This document shows, piece by piece, positions 36,328 to 44,299 of a stretch of 64,000 nucleotides of DNA. Under the pieces are notes generated by a model, which did not search any database, was not told the DNA's origin, and saw only the letters and a program-made list of their open reading frames with translations. The number at the start of each line of letters is the position of its first letter. Within the stretch, counting starts at the first letter, position 1. The position numbers and the translations under genes were made by a program. Origin of the DNA: Chitinispirillia bacterium (GTDB lineage Bacteria > Fibrobacterota > Chitinivibrionia > Chitinivibrionales > Chitinispirillaceae); NCBI GenBank assembly GCA_009784115.1, contig WRCH01000002.1, forward strand, positions 174 through 64,173, read 5' to 3'.

Positions 36328-37649
36328 TCTATAGACAAACCGGCGGCTGTAATACCTGCCCCTACCGTACAGAAAATGATTTTGTCATTTTTCTGAATCC
36401 CTTTCTCAATCTCAGAAAGAGCCACAGGAATGCTTGCACAGGAGGTATTGCCCACTCTGTCTATGTTTAAATAGAAACGCTCAAAAGGGACGCCGCTTCT
36501 CTCTGCCGCGGCTTTGATGATACGGCCGTTGGCCTGATGAGGCACGACCCAGCGTACATCTTCAGGAGTCCATTTGCTTTTAATTATAAGCTCGCGCACC
36601 ATACCGGAGAAACTCTCTGTCGCGAATCGAAAAAGCGCTTTACCGTCAAGACGCACCCACGGATCAAAGGATGTTGTGTTATCAGGCACTTCGTATCCGG
36701 GATATTCACGCCTTGCCATGTGTAAACCCATAGAGTCGGCGCTCAAAATTTCTTCCTTTATGACGTGGCCTTTTTGCGTGCCGCTGAGTACTGTCGCTCC
36801 GGCTCCGTCACCAAACAGAAAATATGTATTCTTATCATTTTTGTCAAGGACTCTTGACTGCATGTCAACACCGGTAACAAGCACATTCTTTGCGACGCCT
36901 GAGAGTATAAGTCCGCGCGCGACAGATATCCCGTAAAGCCAGCCGGAACACGCGGCGTTAAGATCAAAAGCGGGTACGCCGCGGATCCCGAGTTTACCCT
37001 GTAAGATACAAGCTGTTGAGGGCATCACAACGTCAGGTGTAGTTGTTGATACTATTATAGCATCAATATCAGACGGTTTTAAACCGCTGTTCTCTATCGC
37101 TTTGCGGGACGCTTCGTGAGCCATATCCGACGGCTTGACATCTGCGGGGGCCCAGCGCCGTTCTCTTATCCCCGTTACCCCAAAAATATACTCTTCTGTA
37201 ATATCGGGAAAGTGAACTAAAAGCTCTTCGTTTTTAACTACTCTGTCGGGAAGATATATTCCAAAACCAAGCAGGCTGATTGTACGCACCGACGGCTCAA
37301 GGGTATCCGCGACAATAGTCATTTTAGGTATTTCTACACTTACTGCCGCCATTTCGGGTTTATGATCGGGCCGTACAGCACAGCGCATCGATTCGTCGCT
37401 TGTAGCGATTTGCGCCACAGGTTTTTCAAACGGAACGGAGGCGCCGTCGCCATAGTACAATTTTTCTATTTTGCCATCGCATGGAGCTTCAAAATCGAAT
37501 GTCGATTTCGCGCTCTCAATCTCAGCAATAGGCTCACCTTTTTTAAACTCAGCACCCACGCCTACAAACCACTTTGTAATGACGGCCTCGGTTTCCGCCG
37601 CCGCCTGAGTCGGAATAAAAAGCTCTGTACTGAAAATATTACTGCTCAC
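36321..37649 (-). CDS. Lipoyl/biotinyl-attachment domain fused to 3-oxoacyl-ACP synthase III (FabH-like)
   Basis: Residues 1-85 form a single hybrid motif (ITKWFVGVGAEFKKGEPIAEIESAKSTFDFEAPCDGKI, candidate Lys48). Residues from about 120 to 442 are KAS III with Cys (AACSGW), His (HQANGRI) and Asn (GNTSCASIP). Confidence 0.8.
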   Translation of the reverse strand: MSSNIFSTELFIPTQAAAETEAVITKWFVGVGAEFKKGEPIAEIESAKSTFDFEAPCDGKIEKLYYGDGASVPFEKPVAQIATSDESMRCAVRPDHKPEMAAVSVEIPKMTIVADTLEPSVRTISLLGFGIYLPDRVVKNEELLVHFPDITEEYIFGVTGIRERRWAPADVKPSDMAHEASRKAIENSGLKPSDIDAIIVSTTTPDVVMPSTACILQGKLGIRGVPAFDLNAACSGWLYGISVARGLILSGVAKNVLVTGVDMQSRVLDKNDKNTYFLFGDGAGATVLSGTQKGHVIKEEILSADSMGLHMARREYPGYEVPDNTTSFDPWVRLDGKALFRFATESFSGMVRELIIKSKWTPEDVRWVVPHQANGRIIKAAAERSGVPFERFYLNIDRVGNTSCASIPVALSEIEKGIQKNDKIIFCTVGAGITAAGLSIEW

Positions 37650-39649
37650 TTTACGTCTCCAATCATTTTTGCTATAGCCGCTTCAATTCTGCCTGCATCC
37701 GGCAGATAGGCGGATTCAAGTTCCTTGGCAAAAGGAACCGGCGTGTCCGGCGCGCTTACAAGCACCGGTGCGCACTTTAACTGTGAGAAACACTTCTGCA
37801 CCGCAAGGGATATAAAATGAGACCCCATTCCGGCAATCTCACCCGCCTCCTGTACAACAAGCAGTCTCCCCGTAGAGCGGACCGAATCTAAAATCGGCTC
37901 GAAGCTCAATGGATTTAATATAAATGGATTCCACACCGACGCGCTGTAATTTTTCGCGCTTACCGCGTTAAGCGCCTGTTCAACCATAGCGCCGACTGCT
38001 ACTATTGTAATATCCGCGCCCTGCGTGTATTGACGCGGGCGATAGACTTTTTGTAAACTGCCGTCAAACTCAATATCCCCGGCTTTTCCCCAATAAAGGA
38101 GTTTATGCTCAAAAACAATACACGGGTTAGGATCATAAAATCCCGCTATCAGAGCCTCATAAGTCTCCTGAGGAGTAACAGGGTAAAATAACTTGAGCCC
38201 GGGGAAGCGCGACCAAAGCCCGTCAAATTCGCCGCTGTGAAACGCGCCCAAAGTAATGCCGCCGCCGCTGGGAAGTCTAAATAAAAGCTGAGCTGGCTTA
38301 CCGGAACGGAAAAACCATGTCCCGGTATTCACCCCAAGCTGAGTTACCGCTTCGGTTGAAAAATCGGCAAACTGAAACTCCATCACAGGTAAACTTCCGG
38401 TCTGCGAAGCGCCAAGACAAAATCCTACTGTACCCGCTTCACAAATAGGCGTATCTATTATTCTCTCCGACCCAAAGCGGTCAACTAAACCCTTACAGGT
38501 TTTAAACGCTGAGCCGTATTTACTGACGTCTTGACCGCAGACAAACGCGTTACTGTTCTCTTCAAGTATATGGCCAAGCGCGGTGTTAATAGCGTTAGTA
38601 TTGCGCACACTCTTTGCGGAGTAAGGTTTTACGGATTTAGATTTTACAGGCGCAAATACATCCATCGACACAGACGACGCGTCGGGCCTTGCGGCTTTAA
38701 GAGCCTCATTGACTAACGAGTCGAGTTGACTGCAAAGTGAGTTCTCTAACTCGGCAAGCTCATGTTCGTCCGCGTTGCAATTTTCCAAATACGCGGCGCG
38801 GGCATGAACGAGAGGATCTTTTTTCCAGTTCGCGGCCTTTACCTCGTCGGAAATATATTCAGCGTTATCATAAACGGCATGACCCTCAAGCCGCACCGTC
38901 ATACTCTCAATAAGCACAGGCTGGGGTGATGATGACATAAGCTCAAGCGAATCTGTAACCGCGCTGTAAACTTCGTAAGCGTCAAGACCATTTACAGTCC
39001 GCCCCTTAATCCCGTATCCCGCCGCTCTGTCCGCAAGCGATTTACAGTTATATTGATACTCTACAGGCGTAGAAAAAGCGTACCCGTTATTTTCGATAAT
39101 AAACACGACTGGAACTTTATTGACAGAGGCCATATTCAACGCCTCATGAAACTGCCCCGTGCTGCTGCCGCCGTCTCCAATCACCGCGAGTCCAAACGCG
39201 CCGCTGCCGTTTCTGCGGGCAGACCATGTTGATCCTACCGAAATCGGAAGCATACTGCCAAGATGGCTGACCATTGGAAAGCGCAAAGCGTCTGTATCTC
39301 CAAAGTGTACATTACCCTCTTTGCCGTGGGTTGGGCTCTGCGCGTTTGCCATATACTGGCAAATAGCGCTCAGCGGATCACAGCCAAGTATAAGGTGAGA
39401 GCCAAGATTGCGGTGGAGCAGGGTTGCGATATCTTTACCCGGCGTAAACGGCATAGCCATCCCAACCGAGCTTGCCTCATTTCCCGCGGCGATAATAACG
39501 GTTCCCTTAACAAGCCCTTTTCTAAAAAGTTCCTTGAATCTGTTATCAAGCTGCCGCGCGGTATACATTGCGGGATAAGCGGTAATATAGAACTCACTTT
39601 TATCCAAACGCCGCGGAAAACGCGCTATATCACTGAAAACAGCATCCAA
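37646..39649 (-). CDS. 2-oxoacid dehydrogenase E1 component, fused alpha and beta subunits (ThDP-dependent)
   Basis: The alpha part has the ThDP motif GDGGSSTGQFHEALNMA...ENNGYA. The beta part has the transketolase-like Pyr domain (IDTPICEAGTVGFCLGA). It overlaps the downstream gene by 4 bp. Confidence 0.85.
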   Translation of the reverse strand: MDAVFSDIARFPRRLDKSEFYITAYPAMYTARQLDNRFKELFRKGLVKGTVIIAAGNEASSVGMAMPFTPGKDIATLLHRNLGSHLILGCDPLSAICQYMANAQSPTHGKEGNVHFGDTDALRFPMVSHLGSMLPISVGSTWSARRNGSGAFGLAVIGDGGSSTGQFHEALNMASVNKVPVVFIIENNGYAFSTPVEYQYNCKSLADRAAGYGIKGRTVNGLDAYEVYSAVTDSLELMSSSPQPVLIESMTVRLEGHAVYDNAEYISDEVKAANWKKDPLVHARAAYLENCNADEHELAELENSLCSQLDSLVNEALKAARPDASSVSMDVFAPVKSKSVKPYSAKSVRNTNAINTALGHILEENSNAFVCGQDVSKYGSAFKTCKGLVDRFGSERIIDTPICEAGTVGFCLGASQTGSLPVMEFQFADFSTEAVTQLGVNTGTWFFRSGKPAQLLFRLPSGGGITLGAFHSGEFDGLWSRFPGLKLFYPVTPQETYEALIAGFYDPNPCIVFEHKLLYWGKAGDIEFDGSLQKVYRPRQYTQGADITIVAVGAMVEQALNAVSAKNYSASVWNPFILNPLSFEPILDSVRSTGRLLVVQEAGEIAGMGSHFISLAVQKCFSQLKCAPVLVSAPDTPVPFAKELESAYLPDAGRIEAAIAKMIGDVK

Positions 39650-39718
39650 ACTTTTAGGCGCCGATTTTATAAGTGCGCTGATATATCCTCCAGTGTAAAA
39701 TTATCGTCAGAAACAGGG

Positions 39719-39808
39719 TATACCAATACACGGCATAAGTCTGCACTGTGCCGCTAAGCAACAGAGCCGGCCCTGCGTGCGGTGCAGACTTATGCCGTCA
39801 ACAGTATA
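39719..39808 (+). repeat. Structured repeat family A, copy A6 (forward, short-core variant)
   Basis: Arms CGGCATAAGTCTGCAC / GTGCAGACTTATGCCG and core TGCCGCTAAGCAACAGAGCCGGCCCTGCGTGC. Confidence 0.85.
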
Positions 39809-39854
39809 ATTAATGAAAATAATATAAGTGTGTACCAATATAAAAGCTATTTCG

Positions 39855-40937
39855 TTATCCGCCATTTTTCACATGTACTAAAAAAGCCCCGGCCAAAGCG
39901 CCGATCGCAAGCCATGTGAGCCACTGTGTTCTTACCATACCATACCAATACTCCAAACTGAAAAACGGAGCCTCATGCAATGGCAAATGGCTGCGGCGGT
40001 CTGTTATACGCCGGTCGCTTGCGTCGGTTTGTTTTGTCGTTTTAGCGGAAGCTTTCGCGGTTGCGGGGCGAAAGGTAACGGTGTCGCGCTCGACAAGTTC
40101 CGCCGGGTCTACTGAGTCAAGATGCTCAAGAAGCTCTTCCACCGATTCATAGCGGTCGTGTTTCTCTTTTTTCAGACTCTTTAAAATAATGAGCTCCAAG
40201 CGCTTGGGGGTATCTTTGCGCTTGACAGAGGGCGGTATGGGCTGTTCGTGCACCTGTTTATAGGCGACAGCCATTGAGTTATTGGCTGTAAAGGGAGGCT
40301 TGCGGGTCAGCATCTCATACATCAAAATACCAAGAGAATAAATATCTGTCTGAGCATCAAGTTTTTTGCCTTGCGCCTGTTCGGGAGACATATATTCGGG
40401 CGTACCTACGGCGGAACCTGTCATGGTGATGCCGGAGCTTGATGATATTTTCGCTATTCCGAAATCACTTATGTGTATAACCTTGTTTTTGTCAAGAAGT
40501 ACATTAGACGGTTTTATGTCTCTGTGAATGATATTGAGGTTATGCGCGTAACGCAGTCCGCGGCAGATCTGTTTTGCAAAATCTATTATTTCGGGAACAG
40601 AAATAACGCGGGTTTCATTAATATAGGTTCCAAGATCCATTCCGTCAACAAGCTGCATTGCGATAAAACGGTATCCGTCAGCTTCACCGTATTCATATAT
40701 ACTTACAATATTCTGATGTTCCATCTTGGAGATCGCCTGAGCTTCAATCTCAAATCTTTTAGAAAACTCTTCGTCGCGTGAGAGTTGGAGCGGCAGTACT
40801 TTGAGCGCTACATTGCGGTTAAGCGGTTCCTGTACCGCCTTGTAAATATCACCCATGCCGCCCTTGCCCAATTTACCGCTAATCCTGTACTTACCAATGT
40901 AAGCCGGTTCCAAATCTGTAAATTTATTTTTTTGCAT
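39855..40937 (-). CDS. Hanks-type serine/threonine protein kinase with C-terminal TM segment
   Basis: GKGGMGDIYKA, VALKVL, HRDIKPSNVLL, DFGIAK and GTPEYMSPE motifs. Confidence 0.9.
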   Translation of the reverse strand: MQKNKFTDLEPAYIGKYRISGKLGKGGMGDIYKAVQEPLNRNVALKVLPLQLSRDEEFSKRFEIEAQAISKMEHQNIVSIYEYGEADGYRFIAMQLVDGMDLGTYINETRVISVPEIIDFAKQICRGLRYAHNLNIIHRDIKPSNVLLDKNKVIHISDFGIAKISSSSGITMTGSAVGTPEYMSPEQAQGKKLDAQTDIYSLGILMYEMLTRKPPFTANNSMAVAYKQVHEQPIPPSVKRKDTPKRLELIILKSLKKEKHDRYESVEELLEHLDSVDPAELVERDTVTFRPATAKASAKTTKQTDASDRRITDRRSHLPLHEAPFFSLEYWYGMVRTQWLTWLAIGALAGAFLVHVKNGG

Positions 40938-40956
40938 TTGTCTAACCCCTTTGGGC

Positions 40957-43164
40957 TTAAGCAGCCGCTCCGTGACGTCCCGAACCGCGCCTCTTTAGCG
41001 CAATTCCAAATAAAATAATTAATCCGCAGCAAAGCAAGGATAATTCTGTCCACTCCTTATGCCAAAAGAGCGGTTCGTCTGTGAACTCCTTGCGCAAAAG
41101 TACGAATTTCATTCTTCCGAATATTGGCCGCGAAATAGTCAAATGGGAGAGCTTTTCTCCCCATTTTGCCATGAGTTCAAAAGGTACAATCGCTCCTGAA
41201 AAAAATATCTGCGGGATGAGAATTATTGGAAGCGTGCTTATGGCGCGCCCAACGCAGCCGCTGCATGCGCTAACCGCAAGCCCAAGCAGATTGCCGCAAA
41301 ATACCGCGATAAAAAGCAGCAGTAAAAGTTCCATGGAGAATGTTATATTGCTAAACATAATGACTGCAAATATCGCAAACAAAAGCGCCTGAACAGCGCT
41401 CAGAGCTCCGGCTGCCGTGATTCTTGCTACAATATAAGACAATTGATTAAGACCGCATTTACTCTCCCTGTCTATAAGCTGGCGCTCCCGCGCAACTTCT
41501 CTGACCGCGTCAAGTCCTCCAACCCAAATGCCTATAATTGTCAAACAGAAACAGAGCCCGGTGTCAATGATAGACGTTTTCTCGTAGACTAATCCAAGCA
41601 GAAGCGTTATGAGCGGGGTCTGCATGAGCAGAATAGCGATATTCCTGTGGTCTCTTGTGTAAACCTTTGTATACCGTGACGTTAGCGCCGCTGCTTGACG
41701 TATGAAAAATGAGATACTTCGCAAAGGATGTCTTAACTTTGAAGCCCACTCGCCGTGTGAGAGATTTTGATTTGAGTGATGAGAACTGATCTGTTCTGTT
41801 TGCATCTGACGGGTTTGCTGATCGGGCTCGCAATTCGCGGCCCTGTCATAAACTTGACAAAGAGCCGGCGCTTCGAAATGGGAGCAAAGATTTTGGGGCG
41901 GGCCGCAAAACAGCACCTTTCCTCTTTGCATGAATACTACTCTGTCACATAGCTCAAGCTGTTCAAGAGTATGAGTTACGAGGATAAGAGTATGCCCCTT
42001 GTCGCAGATGCGGCGGAAGAGCTGCATGAATTTTCCTATAAGCCCAGGGTCAAGACCCGCTAAAGGTTCGTCAAGAATAAGCACCGACGGGGAGGCGAGA
42101 AGTTCCACCCCAACATGAAGCCGCCTTGCCTCTCCGCCTGAGAGATTAGCGACGCGGTGATTCCTTAGCCGCTTAAGCTCCATAAGCTCAAGCACCTCTT
42201 CCGCGCGCATGAGACGCTCGTTTGCGGTGCTGTCTCCCGGGAGCCTCATAAGGCTTTGATCTGTCAACGTCTCCCAAACCGTTAATTCCGACCGCAAAAG
42301 AACCTGCTGCGAGACGTAGCCTATGCCGCGGGCAAAAGCGGCTCCGAATTTTGAAGCGGGAAACCCGTTCATAAAAAGCCGGCCCGATGTAGGAGCAACA
42401 GAGCCGCAAAGAACACGCGAGAGCGTTGACTTGCCGGCGCCGCTTGCGCCAAGAAGCGCCACAAACGCGCCCGGCTCAATTGTTATGCTTACATCATCGA
42501 GCAGCTTTTTGCCTTTGATACGCAATCCTAAAGTGAGGCCCTCTATTTTTATCTTGTTAAGATCGTCGGCCCTTAGAAATTTACCGCCTGATACGTAAAA
42601 CCGAAACGGGCCGATGTGCACCGCGTCCCCTTCGTAAAGAGGCGCGGTTCTGACAGCGCGGCCGTTTACATAAGTTGAATTGGAGCTGCCCTCGTCGGTG
42701 ATTACAAGTCCGCCGTGGTCGCTTTTTACAACGGCGTGAAAACGGGAGACCAAAGGATGAGGCAGGTAGATATCATTTGCTGTATCCCGCCCGATTTTCA
42801 AAGTTTTTTTATTTTCATCCTGCGGGATAGAGGCGCCTTTTTCGGAGTCGGGAGCTGTGAGGCTGATAAAACCATCGCTGATTTCAATCTGCAAAATCTG
42901 AATGCCTATAGTTAAAACAGAGCCGTTGGCAAGGAGGCCCTCTTTTACAGGCGAGTCGTCGATACGTATTCCGAAAGTGCTCTCAGAATCAATAATAACA
43001 GGGGATGCGCTGTCGCAGATGATCTGAGCGTGCAGGCGCGACACTCCAACGCCGCCAAGGCATATGTCGCAGGAAGCGTCACGGCCTATGCTGCGTTTTT
43101 GGCCGTCAAGCGGAAAACGGAATTCGGTTTGTGCAGTATTAGTTACAGGAGCCGCGGATATCAT
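40957..43164 (-). CDS. ABC transporter with two N-terminal FHA domains, an NBD and an ABC-2 permease domain fused (Rv1747-like architecture)
   Basis: FHA1 (SIGRDASCDICL...VSRLHAQI) and FHA2 (KIGRDTANDIYL...VSRFHAVV). Walker A GASGAGKST, signature LSGGEARRL, Walker B ILDEPLAGLD, and 6 C-terminal TM helices. Confidence 0.85.
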   Translation of the reverse strand: MISAAPVTNTAQTEFRFPLDGQKRSIGRDASCDICLGGVGVSRLHAQIICDSASPVIIDSESTFGIRIDDSPVKEGLLANGSVLTIGIQILQIEISDGFISLTAPDSEKGASIPQDENKKTLKIGRDTANDIYLPHPLVSRFHAVVKSDHGGLVITDEGSSNSTYVNGRAVRTAPLYEGDAVHIGPFRFYVSGGKFLRADDLNKIKIEGLTLGLRIKGKKLLDDVSITIEPGAFVALLGASGAGKSTLSRVLCGSVAPTSGRLFMNGFPASKFGAAFARGIGYVSQQVLLRSELTVWETLTDQSLMRLPGDSTANERLMRAEEVLELMELKRLRNHRVANLSGGEARRLHVGVELLASPSVLILDEPLAGLDPGLIGKFMQLFRRICDKGHTLILVTHTLEQLELCDRVVFMQRGKVLFCGPPQNLCSHFEAPALCQVYDRAANCEPDQQTRQMQTEQISSHHSNQNLSHGEWASKLRHPLRSISFFIRQAAALTSRYTKVYTRDHRNIAILLMQTPLITLLLGLVYEKTSIIDTGLCFCLTIIGIWVGGLDAVREVARERQLIDRESKCGLNQLSYIVARITAAGALSAVQALLFAIFAVIMFSNITFSMELLLLLFIAVFCGNLLGLAVSACSGCVGRAISTLPIILIPQIFFSGAIVPFELMAKWGEKLSHLTISRPIFGRMKFVLLRKEFTDEPLFWHKEWTELSLLCCGLIILFGIALKRRGSGRHGAAA

Positions 43165-43763
43165 CCGTCAATAATCGTCCTTATTAATTCCGAAATTTTT
43201 ATTTTTGCGTCTTCCAAATTATCATTGACTATTACGTGCTCATACTTCCCCTCTAAGCGTGCGAAATCCATCTCCGTTTTCGCATTTTGAAGCCGCAGTA
43301 AAATTGTCGCTTCATCATCAGTTTTTCTATCTCTTAAACGTTTTTCAAGCTCCTCCATAGAGGGAGGGGTTACAAGTATGCCGACAGCTTCAGGATACAC
43401 GGCGTCAAATTTCTTTTTGCCGAAAACATCTATGTCCATAACTATATTATCACCGCTTGACACTACAGATTCAATGAACGGGCGCGGGGTGCCGTAGTAA
43501 TTTCCATGAACTTGCTGCCATTCCGCAAATTCATTTTTTTCAATTTTTGCCTCAAATTCTTCAGTGCTCATGAAGAAATAGTGTTTTCCGTTGACCTCAC
43601 CGCTGCGCGGTTTACGGGTAGTGGCGGAGATCGAATAAACAAGACCGGGTACGGTCTCTGTAAGGTAAGTAAGCAAAGTAGTTTTTCCCGCTCCGGAGGC
43701 CGCGGAGAAAACCAATATCTTACCCCGGTCTTTTTGGTTCTCTTGGCACATATTCATCCTCAT
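43161..43763 (-). CDS. gmk: Guanylate kinase
   Basis: P-loop SAASGAGKTTL and YFFMSTEEFEAKIEKNEFAEWQQVHGNYYGT. The start may be one of the Mets a few codons downstream. Confidence 0.9.
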   Translation of the reverse strand: MRMNMCQENQKDRGKILVFSAASGAGKTTLLTYLTETVPGLVYSISATTRKPRSGEVNGKHYFFMSTEEFEAKIEKNEFAEWQQVHGNYYGTPRPFIESVVSSGDNIVMDIDVFGKKKFDAVYPEAVGILVTPPSMEELEKRLRDRKTDDEATILLRLQNAKTEMDFARLEGKYEHVIVNDNLEDAKIKISELIRTIIDG

Positions 43764-44010
43764 CTACGTTCTTTTTCTGCTCTTCCTCTTTTTTCAGTTT
43801 CTCTTCGTAGTACTCGCTATGCTCCATACTGCTGAGGTCAAGCTTATATTTGAGCCTTATCGCCTCAAGTTTTATATCGTACTCTTTCTTAAGAAGATAC
43901 TCTAATTTATAAAGTACATTATCAATATTGGCGGTGGTTTGGCTTAATACAAGAAAAAGTATAAAAAGCACAACAATCATAAATACCGCAAGTATAATTT
44001 GAATAGCCAT
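43720..44010 (-). CDS. Hypothetical small membrane-anchored protein with charged coiled-coil tail
   Basis: An N-terminal TM segment (IILAVFMIVVLFILFLVL) followed by a K/E-rich region. I recognise no family. Confidence 0.45.
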   Translation of the reverse strand: MAIQIILAVFMIVVLFILFLVLSQTTANIDNVLYKLEYLLKKEYDIKLEAIRLKYKLDLSSMEHSEYYEEKLKKEEEQKKNVDEDEYVPREPKRPG

Positions 44011-44069
44011 CTCTTTTACCTCTCCATTTTATTACTTTATTCAAATATACAATAATGTAAGGGCGCATT

Positions 44070-44175
44070 TATACTGCATAACGGCATAAATTTACACTGT
44101 GCCGCTAAGCAGCAGAGCCGGCCCTGCGTGCAGCTGCGTGCGGTGCAGTGCGGATTTATGCCGTGTATCAGTATA
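44070..44175 (+). repeat. Structured repeat family A, copy A7 (forward)
   Basis: TATACTG...CAGTATA ends and a full core with the GCAGC/GCTGC variant of the apical stem. Confidence 0.88.
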
Positions 44176-44192
44176 CTTCCCGTTTGCTAAAA

Positions 44193-44299
44193 GGCACCTC
44201 TAAAAACGTAGTTCGGGCACGGTGCAGTATGCGATAACATCGTGATAAGCGCAGTTAGAGCGTACTGTACCGTGTTCGAACGGAGTTTTTAGAGGTGCC
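44193..44299. repeat. Long imperfect palindrome (about 41-bp arms) abutting the PAP2 stop codon
   Basis: GGCACCTCTAAAAAC...GTTCG..CACGGT.CAGTA.GC pairs with GC.TACTG.ACCGTG..CGAAC...GTTTTTAGAGGTGCC. Confidence 0.7.
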
